A DNA stretch of 64,000 bases from positions 992,001-1,056,000 of the forward strand of contig CAXXVZ010000005.1 in NCBI GenBank assembly GCA_963678065.2, written 5' to 3'. Shown in pieces: positions 38,336 to 47,888 of the stretch (within the stretch, counting starts at the first letter, position 1; each line of letters starts with the position of its first letter). This DNA comes from Treponemataceae bacterium. Lineage in GTDB: Bacteria; Spirochaetota; Spirochaetia; Treponematales; Rectinemataceae. The translations under genes were made by a program, and so were the position numbers. Below the pieces are notes generated by a model that was not told the DNA's origin, did no database searches, and worked only from the letters and a program-made list of their open reading frames with translations.

Positions 38336-39892
38336 CTACTTTTTGTCCGGGAATGAGATCATCCCGTCCCAGCTGTTGAGAACCTTCCCCGCCCGCGCCT
38401 CCTCCTCAGAAAACCAGTGTGCGGTCACACTCTTCAGTTCCGTGAAGAACCGGATGCCGTCCGTCCCCATCGCGTGCAGATCCCCGAAAAACGAGTTCTT
38501 GTGCCCCGTGAACCCGAACACCCCCAGCGGCACGGGAATCCCGACGTTGACCCCCACCTGCCCGCCATGCGTCCGCTTCGCAAACTCCCGCGCGTAGTAC
38601 CCACTCCGCGTGTAGATCACCGAACCGTTCGCATACTCGTTCCCGTTCATGAGCGCAAGTCCCTCCTCGAAGTCCTTCACCCGCTTGATGCACAGAACGG
38701 GTCCGAAGACCTCTTTGTCCCCGATGCTCATCCCCGGTTTCACGTGATCGAAGAGCGTTGGTCCGACATAGAACCCTTTTTCGTAGCCCTTCACGACGAC
38801 ATCCCGTCCGTCCAGCACGAGTTCGGCCCCCTCCTTCACTCCCTTCCCGATCCAGTCGACGACGAATGCGCGGTGTTCCGCGTTCACCACCGGCCCCATC
38901 TGGCTCGACGCTTCGTACGCCGGCCCCACGGTGAGCTCCGACATGAGCTTCGCGAGGATCGCCACGAGTTCATCCGCAATCTCTTCCTCTACAACAACCG
39001 CAGGCAGGGCCATGCAGCGCTCGCCCGCGCAGCCGCAGGCCGAGTTGACGATACCCCGGGCTGTGCGCTCAAGGGCGGCATCCTTGAGCACGAGCGCATG
39101 GTTCTTCGCCTCCGTGAGGCACTGCACCCGCTTCCCCGCGGCCGCCGCCGTGGCGTAGATATGTCTCCCCACCCCCGTCGAGCCCACGAAGGATATCCCC
39201 CTCACATCGGGATGCCCGAGGAGTATCTCCGCCTCATGCCTCGAACAGGTGACCAGATTGAGCACCCCGGGTGGCAATCCCGCCTCGGCCCAGAGCTCCA
39301 TGATCCGCATCGAGGTCTGCGGCGTGAAGCTCGCCGCTTTGATGACCATCGTGTTCCCCGTGGCGATGCACAGGGGCGCCATCCAGCCCATCGGAATCAT
39401 GGCCGGGAAGTTCCAGGGCGCTATCCCCGCGAAGACTCCCAGGCTCTCCATGTACTGCGTCGTGTCGTAGCCCGTCGTGCAGTTCATGAGGGCGGGACCC
39501 TTCATGAGCTGCGGGATACCGCAGGCGAACTCCACGACTTCCGTGACCTTGAGCACATCGCCCATCGCCTCGCCCAGCACCTTGCCGTTCTCGCGGGCGC
39601 AGAGCTGTGTGAGTTCGTCGAGATGTTTGTCCAGAAGGGCCTTCATCCGGAACAGCACCTGCACGCGCTTGTTCGGCGGGGTATCCGACCAGGCGGGGTA
39701 GGCCGCCGCGGCCGAAGCGACCGCCGATTCGACCTCATCTGAGGTGCACTGGGGTGCGCGGGCGATGATTTCGCCCATGGACGGATTGTAACAATCCATG
39801 TAGTTCGTGGTCTTCGAAGTTTTCCACCCGCCATCGACCCAGTACTGAAGCTGCCGCACTCCGGCTACAACATCGGTTTTCGCGTTATCCAT
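38336..39892 (-). CDS. mmsA: CoA-acylating (methyl)malonate-semialdehyde dehydrogenase
   Basis: VEFACGIP, PWNFPAMIP, SFVGST, AKNH, catalytic AGERCMA, VGVNVGIPVP, SFFGDLH. Confidence 0.9.
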   Translation of the reverse strand: MDNAKTDVVAGVRQLQYWVDGGWKTSKTTNYMDCYNPSMGEIIARAPQCTSDEVESAVASAAAAYPAWSDTPPNKRVQVLFRMKALLDKHLDELTQLCARENGKVLGEAMGDVLKVTEVVEFACGIPQLMKGPALMNCTTGYDTTQYMESLGVFAGIAPWNFPAMIPMGWMAPLCIATGNTMVIKAASFTPQTSMRIMELWAEAGLPPGVLNLVTCSRHEAEILLGHPDVRGISFVGSTGVGRHIYATAAAAGKRVQCLTEAKNHALVLKDAALERTARGIVNSACGCAGERCMALPAVVVEEEIADELVAILAKLMSELTVGPAYEASSQMGPVVNAEHRAFVVDWIGKGVKEGAELVLDGRDVVVKGYEKGFYVGPTLFDHVKPGMSIGDKEVFGPVLCIKRVKDFEEGLALMNGNEYANGSVIYTRSGYYAREFAKRTHGGQVGVNVGIPVPLGVFGFTGHKNSFFGDLHAMGTDGIRFFTELKSVTAHWFSEEEARAGKVLNSWDGMISFPDKK

Positions 39893-39931
39893 ATGTCTCT
39901 CCTTCGGCAATACATAAAATCGCCCATAGTC

Positions 39932-40867
39932 TCATCCCAACAGGCGTCGCGCGGTACTCTCTATTTCCCTGGATGTGAGTCCATAGACCTCCAACAGCTC
40001 GTCGTAGTTGCGGGCGGATCTGCCGAACTGGTCCTGCACTCCCACGAAATCGATCGGCGCGTGACGCTCCAATCGCAGGGCCTCGACGATAGCGGAGCCG
40101 AGGCCGCCGTACACCGTATGTTCCTCCGCCGTCACAATCGCCCTCGTCCCGGCGGCGTACGCGATCAGTGCGCCTCTATCGAGGGGCTTTATCGTGCTCA
40201 CGTTCAGGACCCGCGCCTCGATGCCGCTCTTTGCAAGATTCCCGGCCGCTTCGAGCGAGCGCGTCACCATCGTGCCGCAGGCGAAGATCGCGACATCCGC
40301 CCCATCCCGGAGCCGCGTCACTTTCCCGATATGGTAGGGCTCGTCCTCCGGGTACACCCTCGCGAGGTCATTCCGGTTTATCCTGATATAGGCTGGCCCG
40401 GCCCAATTCTCCAGGCACTCCATCATCTTCTCGGTCTCGGCTGAGTCCACAGGACAGAGCACCGCCATGTGGGGAAGCGAGCGCATGATCGCCATGTCCT
40501 CGAGTGACTGGTGTGTTTTGCCATCGCCGTAATCGGAGAGCCCGCAGCTCGAGCCGGCGATCCGCACGGAAAGGTTGGGTATGCAGATCGAGCCCCGGAT
40601 CTGGTCGAATGCCCTGCCGGAGGCAAACACCGCGAAGGAGTTGATGAAAGGGATCTTCCCCGACAGCGCGAGCCCCGCCGCGATGGAGGCCATATTCTGC
40701 TCGGCGATCCCCACGTCGAAGTAGCGGTCGGGGAATCTTTCCTTGAACAGGACGCTCCTCGTCGATTTCCCGAGATCCGCCTCGAGAACGACGACGTTCC
40801 TGTTCCGCGTCCCGAGCGATACGAGCCCGAGACCGTAGGTCTCGCGAATACTGTTAGACTGCGTCAT
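39932..40867 (-). CDS. Transketolase, C-terminal subunit
   Basis: ADLGKST, GIAEQN, RAFDQIR, DGKTHQ, EEHTVYGGLG. Confidence 0.93.
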   Translation of the reverse strand: MTQSNSIRETYGLGLVSLGTRNRNVVVLEADLGKSTRSVLFKERFPDRYFDVGIAEQNMASIAAGLALSGKIPFINSFAVFASGRAFDQIRGSICIPNLSVRIAGSSCGLSDYGDGKTHQSLEDMAIMRSLPHMAVLCPVDSAETEKMMECLENWAGPAYIRINRNDLARVYPEDEPYHIGKVTRLRDGADVAIFACGTMVTRSLEAAGNLAKSGIEARVLNVSTIKPLDRGALIAYAAGTRAIVTAEEHTVYGGLGSAIVEALRLERHAPIDFVGVQDQFGRSARNYDELLEVYGLTSREIESTARRLLG

Positions 40868-40883
40868 GATACAGGCCCTCTCC

Positions 40884-41729
40884 TCAGTCGACGTTGTGCG
40901 ACGCCAAGCGCGCCTCAAGCTCGCGGATAGCCGTTCCCATCTGAACCTCCGTGAGCGCCGCGTTGTGGAAAACCGCGGAATCCTCGGCGTAGGAGATTCC
41001 CTTTCCCTTTATCGTGTCCGCGACGATGACGTACGGTCTGTCGCCGCCCTTGCCCGCTTCGCCCAGCGCGCGGAGTATCTCCTTCACGTCGTGGCCGTCG
41101 ACCGTCGCGACATTCCACCCGAAGGCCCGCCACTTGTCTTCGATGCGCGGGATGTCGAATACCTCGGCTGTCCTGCCCGTGGCCTGGATCCTGTTCCTGT
41201 CCACGATGCCGACGAGGTTGCCGAGCTTGTAAGCGCTCGCGGCCATTGCGGCTTCCCATATCTGGCCCTCCGACAGCTCGCCATCGCCCATTATTACAAA
41301 GACTCGGCTTTTCCGATCGTCGAGCCTCGCCGCGAGGGCCATACCCACGCCGATCGAGAGTCCCTGCCCGAGCGAGCCGGTCACCGCCTCGATGCCTGGC
41401 GTATGAGCCATGTCCGGGTGCCCCTGCAGGATGCCCTCGAGGCTTTTCGTTTTCGCCAACTCGCTCCGCGGAATGACGCCGAGTTCCACGAGAGCCGCGT
41501 ACTGTATGAGCACCGCATGGCCCTTGCTGAGTATGAGGCGGTCCCTGGCCGGGTCGTCGATTCTCTTCGGATCGAATTTCATCTCATGGAAATAGAGCGA
41601 GGCCACGATCTCCGCGAGAGAATTCGAACCGCCCAGGTGGCCGGCCTTCCCCACGCCCATCATCTCGAGGACGTTCATGCGCAGCTTGGTCGCCCTGTCG
41701 TATATTTTCTTCAACTCCCGATCTTCCAC
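40884..41729 (-). CDS. Transketolase, N-terminal (ThDP-binding) subunit
   Basis: GHLGGS, RDRLILSKGH, LQGHP, TGSLGQG, GDGELSEG...DRN; GTG start with SD AGGAG. Confidence 0.93.
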   Translation of the reverse strand: MEDRELKKIYDRATKLRMNVLEMMGVGKAGHLGGSNSLAEIVASLYFHEMKFDPKRIDDPARDRLILSKGHAVLIQYAALVELGVIPRSELAKTKSLEGILQGHPDMAHTPGIEAVTGSLGQGLSIGVGMALAARLDDRKSRVFVIMGDGELSEGQIWEAAMAASAYKLGNLVGIVDRNRIQATGRTAEVFDIPRIEDKWRAFGWNVATVDGHDVKEILRALGEAGKGGDRPYVIVADTIKGKGISYAEDSAVFHNAALTEVQMGTAIRELEARLASHNVD

Positions 41730-41751
41730 GTCGAATCTCCTTTCCTGGACC

Positions 41752-41781
41752 GCGTACAGTTTGCCTGCGTACAGCTTGCCC
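41752..41781. repeat. 15-bp intergenic tandem duplication
   Basis: GCGTACAGTTTGCCT GCGTACAGCTTGCCC (13/15). Confidence 0.6.
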
Positions 41782-41785
41782 GGCC

Positions 41786-42811
41786 TTAAGCGATGTCGAC
41801 GACACCTCTGAAAAGATCCTTCTCGCCCTTCGCCAATTGGGTATACAGCTTCTGGGCCCCGTCGAGGCCGATCCTCTCCTCGGCGAAAGCCCCCGCGAGC
41901 CCGGCGTGTCCCTCGACGAAGCGTATGGCAAAGCGATAGTCGTCGTCGGTATAGCAATAGATGCCTTTTATGGTCTTCGCGCGTACGACAATTTCCTGCA
42001 TGTCGATCTCGATCATCCGCTGCGAATTGCCAATCCACACGATTTCGCCGCCGGTCTTCGCGAGCGAGTTCGCTAACCTCGCCGTCTGGGAGATGCCGAC
42101 CGCCTCGAAGGAGGTGTCGACACCAAGGTCTCCGGTGGCCTGAAGGATGGCGGTTAAAGGATCCTCTTCGCTGAAATTGACGGGTATCGCCCCCAGTCTC
42201 TTCGCCATATCCAGCTTCTTCGGGAACTGATCGATGACGAAAACCCTGGCCGGTCTACGCTGGAGAACCATGGCCAGAACGGCGAGGCCGATCATGCCGC
42301 CACCCACGATCGCGACGGTGTCGCCCTCCTTCACGCCCGACCTCGACACGGCGCCTGAGCCGACCGCGAAGGGTTCCACCAGAGCGGCGGTGGAAAAGGG
42401 AATAGTGTCGGAGATCGGAAAGGCGCTCGAGGCTCTCACGACCAGGTACTCGGCGAGCCCGCCAGTCTTCCCCATGTTGACGCCGACCATCTTTTTGTTC
42501 AGGCAGACACTCGTCATGCCGCGTCGGCACGGCCCGCATGTTCCGCAGTACATGATCGGCTGCACGACGACGCGCTGGCCCAGGCCGAGTGTATCGACAC
42601 CGGGGCCGAGAGCGACGACAGTGCCGGATATCTCATGCCCCATCACCATCCCTGGCTCGCGCCTGCCGGTCTTGCCCGCGAAGCCATGCACGTCGCTGCC
42701 ACAGATGCCCACCGAACCGACGCGGATGAGCACCTCGCCCGCCCTCGCCTCGGGGACCGGGATATCCTCTCCGGAGAATTCGAATGGCCCCTTATAGATC
42801 AAAGCCTTCAT
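41786..42811 (-). CDS. Zn-dependent polyol/sugar-acid dehydrogenase (MDR family)
   Basis: GICGSDVH, MGHE, CGTCGPC...C, EPFAV, GGGMIG. Confidence 0.92.
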   Translation of the reverse strand: MKALIYKGPFEFSGEDIPVPEARAGEVLIRVGSVGICGSDVHGFAGKTGRREPGMVMGHEISGTVVALGPGVDTLGLGQRVVVQPIMYCGTCGPCRRGMTSVCLNKKMVGVNMGKTGGLAEYLVVRASSAFPISDTIPFSTAALVEPFAVGSGAVSRSGVKEGDTVAIVGGGMIGLAVLAMVLQRRPARVFVIDQFPKKLDMAKRLGAIPVNFSEEDPLTAILQATGDLGVDTSFEAVGISQTARLANSLAKTGGEIVWIGNSQRMIEIDMQEIVVRAKTIKGIYCYTDDDYRFAIRFVEGHAGLAGAFAEERIGLDGAQKLYTQLAKGEKDLFRGVVDIA

Positions 42812-42863
42812 GATCTGTTCCTTCGTCGAGCACTGTTTTTTGTTTCGCTCAGGACACGCACGG

Positions 42864-43610
42864 TCAGTTGCTCATCACGATCCCGCCGTTGACGTTCACA
42901 ACCTGACCTGTCACATAATCCGAAAGCGGGGAGGCGAGGAAGAAAGCCACATTCGCCACGTCCTCCACGGTCCCGACTCTTTCCATGGGAATGTCCCTGC
43001 CGGCATCGGGACTCGCGGCCCAGCTCTTCGTCATGTCCGTGAGAATAAAGCCGGGGACCACCGTGTTCACCGTGATTCCGTGCGTCGCCCCATACCGCGC
43101 GTAGGCTTTCGTCAGAGCGTGGATACCGCCCTTCGACGCGGTGTAGTTCACGCCGGCCTTCAATCCGCCAGTCTGCGCCGACATGGACCCGACATTGACA
43201 ATCTTTCCATGTCCCTGCGCCACCATCTCCCTGATGACCATCTGCGAGCAGATGTGCGTCCCCCTCAAGTTGACGGATATGACGCTGTCCCATTCCTCGA
43301 TGCTGATCTGATCGATGGGCTTGTTGCTCCCGAAGATCCCGGCATTGTTCACGAGAATATCGATCCGCGCCGCCTCGCCCATGACTGCCTTCACCATGCA
43401 TTGGATGGATTCCGCTTTCGATATATCCACTTTTATTGCCTTCGCCCCGTATCCTTGCTTCGCGATGGCGACCGCGGACTCAGTGACGCCCGCGAAATCT
43501 ATGTCCGCGAGGTACACGAATGCGCCCTCGGCCGCCAACTTCTCGGCGATCGCCCTGCCGATGCCTTTGGAGGCGCCGGTCACGATGGCCGTCTTGCCTT
43601 TGAGATCCAT
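42864..43610 (-). CDS. SDR family NAD(P)-dependent oxidoreductase
   Basis: TGASKGIG, NNAG, YTASK, PGFILTDM. Confidence 0.95.
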   Translation of the reverse strand: MDLKGKTAIVTGASKGIGRAIAEKLAAEGAFVYLADIDFAGVTESAVAIAKQGYGAKAIKVDISKAESIQCMVKAVMGEAARIDILVNNAGIFGSNKPIDQISIEEWDSVISVNLRGTHICSQMVIREMVAQGHGKIVNVGSMSAQTGGLKAGVNYTASKGGIHALTKAYARYGATHGITVNTVVPGFILTDMTKSWAASPDAGRDIPMERVGTVEDVANVAFFLASPLSDYVTGQVVNVNGGIVMSN

Positions 43611-43636
43611 GGATCCTCCCCGCCCGAGAATGGTTC

Positions 43637-44491
43637 TTATGCTTCCGCGTCCAGCATTCTCTCGATCGCGTCGACGTAATCGAGCGTCGTCGTGAGTTCA
43701 TCGAAAGGCCGCGAGGACGGGATATATTCGAAACCAATGAAGCCTTTGAAACCGATGCCCCGAAGGCTTCGGGTCATCGTCACGAAATCGAAATTCCCCG
43801 CTCCCGGTCGCCGCCTGTTGCTGTCGGAATAGTGGACGTAGGCCAGTCTGTCGCCGCAATCCTCGACGCAGCGGGCGAAATCCCTGTCCTCCAGATTCAT
43901 GTGGTATGTGTCCAACAGAATCCTCAGTCGCTGATTGCCGATCCTGGTCACATATTCCAGAACTTCGTAGGTTGTGTTGAAGTAATTGCACAGGATATGG
44001 CTTATCGCCTCGAGGTCCAGGTTCACATCGAATCTCTCGGCCTTCTCGAGGAGAATTTGGAGGCTCTCCGTCAGTCTTTCCTCGAATATTGAATACCGGG
44101 AGAGGTCGGGAATCTTCCCTCGCAGGAGTCCGATGATGACCGAACTCCCAAGCTTCCCGGCGAGTTCTATCATTCCTTCCAGCCTGACACGCGCGTTGCG
44201 CCTGACCTCGGCATCGTCATCGATCAGCGACAGACCCTCGGCCGCAAACCCCATACCCGTCGAGATCGAGGAGATCTGTACGTGGTTCTCGACACAGCAC
44301 TGCAGCAGCCTGTCGCTGTCCACCAGATCGGGGCTCCGCACATGCAGCTCCGCGAACGCGCATCCGGACCGGGCCACATCCTTCACGTTCTCGTAGAGGT
44401 CCTTCCTGAATACCGCCGGATAGCTGTCTGAAAGGTTCGGGCCTATCGCAACGCTGTACTTCAATCTGTTTGCCATTCCGGTACCCGTCAT
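43637..44491 (-). CDS. Sugar(-acid) isomerase/epimerase, AP-endonuclease-2 TIM barrel, IolO (5-keto-L-gluconate epimerase)-like
   Basis: ELHVRSP, STGMG...GLSL, VIIGLLRG, DTYHMNLE, HYSDSNRRRPGAG; ATGA overlap with the upstream stop. Confidence 0.85.
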   Translation of the reverse strand: MTGTGMANRLKYSVAIGPNLSDSYPAVFRKDLYENVKDVARSGCAFAELHVRSPDLVDSDRLLQCCVENHVQISSISTGMGFAAEGLSLIDDDAEVRRNARVRLEGMIELAGKLGSSVIIGLLRGKIPDLSRYSIFEERLTESLQILLEKAERFDVNLDLEAISHILCNYFNTTYEVLEYVTRIGNQRLRILLDTYHMNLEDRDFARCVEDCGDRLAYVHYSDSNRRRPGAGNFDFVTMTRSLRGIGFKGFIGFEYIPSSRPFDELTTTLDYVDAIERMLDAEA

Positions 44492-45201
44492 CCTTCTCCC
44501 AGATAGTGTTTTCGCACGCTCTCGTCTTGCATCAGGCACTTCGCGTCGGCGGAGAGCGCCACCTCCCCGGTCACCATGACGTAGCCGCGCTGTGCGACAT
44601 TCAGCGCAGCCTTGGAATTCTGCTCCACCAGCAAAACCGTCACCCCGTCGGCATTGATTTTCTTGATGATCTCGAAAATCTCCTTCACGATGAGAGGGGC
44701 GAGACCTAGCGAGGGTTCGTCCATGAGAAGAATCTGGGGTTTCGACATCAGCGCGCGCCCGACCGCGAGCATCTGCTGCTCGCCGCCGCTCAAGGTCCCG
44801 GCCTCCTGCTTCTCCCTCTCCATGAGGCGTGGGAAAAGAGCATAAACATAATCGAGGCCGGCGGCAAAACTGCGATCCTTTCTGAAGGCCCCCAAAAACA
44901 GGTTCTCTTTCGTCGTCAACTTCGGAAACACATGCCGCCCTTCGAGTACGTGGGATATTCCCGACGACACTATGCGCTCTGCCTTCTTCGAGATGATGTT
45001 GTCGCCCTGAAACAGGATCTTCCCGCTCGTGGGCTTCCCCAACAGCCCCGAGACGCAGCGCAGGGTGGTGGTCTTGCCGGCCCCGTTCGAGCCGAGTATC
45101 GCGACGATCTCGCCCTTGCCCACCGAGATGTTCACGCATTTCAGCGCATGGTTGGCCCCGTAATGGAAATGCAAGTCCTCTATCCTGAGTATCTCTTCCA
45201 T
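44488..45201 (-). CDS. LIV-type ABC ATP-binding protein (LivF-like)
   Basis: GSNGAGKTT, LSGGEQQMLA, DEPSLGLAP. Confidence 0.95.
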   Translation of the reverse strand: MEEILRIEDLHFHYGANHALKCVNISVGKGEIVAILGSNGAGKTTTLRCVSGLLGKPTSGKILFQGDNIISKKAERIVSSGISHVLEGRHVFPKLTTKENLFLGAFRKDRSFAAGLDYVYALFPRLMEREKQEAGTLSGGEQQMLAVGRALMSKPQILLMDEPSLGLAPLIVKEIFEIIKKINADGVTVLLVEQNSKAALNVAQRGYVMVTGEVALSADAKCLMQDESVRKHYLGEG

Positions 45202-45203
45202 CG

Positions 45204-45956
45204 CTACTCTCCCCCCAGGTAGGCTTCGATGACGACCGGATTGCGCTGTATTTCTTCCGGCTTGCCCGCGGCAATTTTCTTGCCGTAGTTCATCACATAG
45301 ACGGAGTCCGCCATACCCATGACAATTTTCATGTCGTGCTCGACGAGGAGAATCGTTTTCCCCAGATCCCGGATCTTCAGGATCAAGTCCATCACATCGG
45401 CCTTCTCGCTCGAGTTCATTCCCGCAACCGGTTCGTCAAGAAGGAGCATCGCCGGGTCGCTGGCGAGAGCGCGGGCGATCTCGAGCTTCTTCTGCTGCCC
45501 GTACGGCAGGTTTTTCGCGGTCTCCGAAGCGTAGGCGGCAAGATTTATGAATTCGAGAAGGCTCTTGGCCTTATCCAGCATCTCGCGCTCCTCGCTCCGT
45601 TGCCTCGGTGTGCGAAGGAGGTTGCGCACGACACCGCAGGTACCTTTCGTATGCCGGCCGACCAGGATGTTGTCCAGGACAGTCATTCCGCTGAACAGAT
45701 GGATATTCTGGTATGTCCGCGCGATCCCTTTTTCGTTGACCTGATACGGCTTCAGCCCCGAGATTTTTTCCCCTTCGAAATCGATCGCGCCCTCCATCGG
45801 TGCGAATACGCCGCTTATCAGATTGAACGCAGTCGTTTTTCCCGCGCCGTTGGGGCCGATAAGCGCGGTTATGCTGCTCTTTTCCACAACCATCGTCAGC
45901 CTGTCGACCGCGGTGAGGCCGCCGAACCGGATTGTAACGTCGCGCAGATTCAGCAT
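45204..45956 (-). CDS. LIV-type ABC ATP-binding protein (LivG-like)
   Basis: FGGLTAV, GPNGAGKTT, LPYGQQKKLEIARALA, VIEAYLG. Confidence 0.95.
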   Translation of the reverse strand: MLNLRDVTIRFGGLTAVDRLTMVVEKSSITALIGPNGAGKTTAFNLISGVFAPMEGAIDFEGEKISGLKPYQVNEKGIARTYQNIHLFSGMTVLDNILVGRHTKGTCGVVRNLLRTPRQRSEEREMLDKAKSLLEFINLAAYASETAKNLPYGQQKKLEIARALASDPAMLLLDEPVAGMNSSEKADVMDLILKIRDLGKTILLVEHDMKIVMGMADSVYVMNYGKKIAAGKPEEIQRNPVVIEAYLGGE

Positions 45957-46927
45957 GACGCATTCCTCTTCTTCGCTCCCCACTTCACCAGGCTCAGGAC
46001 GTTAAGGCCCCGCGAGACACCGCCCGGGATATAGACGATGATGAAAAGCAGGAATACTCCGTATACCAGCATCTGGTAGCTCCCGAGCTTCTGCAGGAAT
46101 TCCGAGAGGATGGCAAGCGCTCCGGCGCCGATAATCGGCCCCCAGAAGTTGCCCATTCCTCCGAACAGCAACATGGTCAGGAAAAGCGTCGATTGGCTCG
46201 AACTGAAGCTCTCGGGGCTGATAAAGCCGATGAGATGCGCATACAGCGCGCCGGCCAAACCCGTATAAAGCGCGCTCATCGCGAAGGCCATCGTTTTGTA
46301 TTTCGTGACATTTATCCCCATGCCGTTGGCCGCATGGCTGTCCTCCCGTATCGCGATGAAAGCCCGGCCGGTGCGCGAGCGGACCAGCCGCTGCTTGAGG
46401 AAAAGCAGGAGTACAAGCATTCCGTACACGACATAGAAGTACGAGGTGTTCGACTCGAAGGCGAACGTGCCGATTTTCGGCCTCGGGATGAAGTTCATAC
46501 CCGTATAGCCTTCCGTCAGGCCGCGGGCCTGGGAGACAAACAGATAAATAAGCTCTCCGAATGATATCGTCACGAGGGCGAGAAAATGGTGGACAAGTTT
46601 TACGGCCGACAAGGCGAGCAGGACAGCGACGAGCATCGCGAGGAAACCGCCGATGAAGATAGTCGCAAAGACGGGCAGTCCGAGGTTCCGCGACAGTATC
46701 GCTGAAGTGTAAGCCCCGATGCAGTAGAAGCCCGCGTGCCCGAGGGATATCTGTCCCGAATAACCGAACAGGATGTCGAGTCCCGTTATTACGATGATCG
46801 AGATCCCCGTCGTGCAAAGCAGGAGGACCAAATACGAATCAAAGAAGCATATGACAGGGAGCAGGCCGCCTGCGACCACGAGCAGAAGCGCTTTTACCGA
46901 TGGCGGAGTCTTGGCTCGGATATTCAT
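45950..46927 (-). CDS. LIV-type ABC permease (LivM-like)
   Basis: GYSGQISLGHAGF, GRAFIAIRED. Confidence 0.93.
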   Translation of the reverse strand: MNIRAKTPPSVKALLLVVAGGLLPVICFFDSYLVLLLCTTGISIIVITGLDILFGYSGQISLGHAGFYCIGAYTSAILSRNLGLPVFATIFIGGFLAMLVAVLLALSAVKLVHHFLALVTISFGELIYLFVSQARGLTEGYTGMNFIPRPKIGTFAFESNTSYFYVVYGMLVLLLFLKQRLVRSRTGRAFIAIREDSHAANGMGINVTKYKTMAFAMSALYTGLAGALYAHLIGFISPESFSSSQSTLFLTMLLFGGMGNFWGPIIGAGALAILSEFLQKLGSYQMLVYGVFLLFIIVYIPGGVSRGLNVLSLVKWGAKKRNASC

Positions 46928-46942
46928 CGAAGTACCCTCATG

Positions 46943-47815
46943 TCAGTCACCGTAGACCTTGCCCTTGAACAATCCACGGGGAATGAAAATCAAGAAAATT
47001 ATGAGAATGAAGAAGGAAATGAAGTCCTTGTACATCGACGATATATACGCCGCGGTAAAGGTCTCGATACCACCCAACAGCAGAGAACCCACAATCGCCC
47101 CGTACATATTCCCGTAGCCGCCGATGACTGCTCCCGCGAATCCCTTCGTCCCGATCATCGTGCCCATGTGCGCGCTTACTCCGTATATAGGGCCTATCAG
47201 CACGCCCCCGACCCCCGTCAGCATCGAGGCGATTCCCCATGTTATTCCGGTGGTCATGGAGACATTGATGTTCACCGTTTTCGCGGCCATGGGATCCTGC
47301 GCCGCGGCGCGCATGGAGGTCCCGAGCCTTGTGCGGGTCATGAAGAAATGGAAAACCAGCATTACGACGAGGCCGACCGCTATCGCCATCAAGGCCTCGG
47401 GCGGGACGTTAAAACTTCCCAGCCTGATGCGGTTGACTGCGAAGATCGGGGGGAACTGGAATACATTGCTTCCCCAGATGATCATCGCCAGATTCTTGAA
47501 GATAATCGACAGGGCTATCGTCGCGACAACTATGAATATCGCGTTGGCCCCGGCCTTCTGAAGTTTCCGTATTATGAATTTCTCGATCAGTATTCCGATG
47601 ATATACATGCATAGCATCGTCAGGAGAAGTGCGATGTAGAACGGCAGCTTACAATACTTGTAAAACGTAAGGCCGAGAAAGGATCCCAACATGAGCAGTT
47701 CGCCCTGAACAAAGCTCATCAATCCTGACGCGCTGTATATCACACTGTATCCGAGTGCGACGAGGCCGTAGACGCTGCCGATAACCAGAGCGCCGACAAG
47801 TACTTGGAAGAACAC
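46943..47815 (-). CDS. LIV-type ABC permease (LivH-like)
   Basis: GSVYGLVALG, GTSMRAAAQD, PRGLF. Confidence 0.93.
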   Translation of the reverse strand: MFFQVLVGALVIGSVYGLVALGYSVIYSASGLMSFVQGELLMLGSFLGLTFYKYCKLPFYIALLLTMLCMYIIGILIEKFIIRKLQKAGANAIFIVVATIALSIIFKNLAMIIWGSNVFQFPPIFAVNRIRLGSFNVPPEALMAIAVGLVVMLVFHFFMTRTRLGTSMRAAAQDPMAAKTVNINVSMTTGITWGIASMLTGVGGVLIGPIYGVSAHMGTMIGTKGFAGAVIGGYGNMYGAIVGSLLLGGIETFTAAYISSMYKDFISFFILIIFLIFIPRGLFKGKVYGD

Positions 47816-47888
47816 GAGGGACCCTCCCGTCAGAATCGCGAAAGCCGAGGGGAACCCGCGGCCTTCGCGATGATTTCAAGCGACTGGA

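Noticed and set aside
39932..41729. Split transketolase as a frameshifted pseudogene
   Set aside because: Both halves have their own SD, start and stop; two-subunit transketolases are a common, functional arrangement.
43637..45274. 545-aa ORF suggesting a long N-terminal fusion on the epimerase (similar extensions at 40884-42038, 37125-38231, 49163-50350)
   Set aside because: The extensions overlap other genes in another frame or run through promoters; SD-supported or translationally coupled downstream starts fit better.
47836..47871. Hairpins after ABC substrate-binding genes (also 3885-3915 and 29626-29659) as a novel repeat family
   Set aside because: The sequences are unrelated to each other, and stem-loops that stabilise binding-protein mRNA are commonplace.
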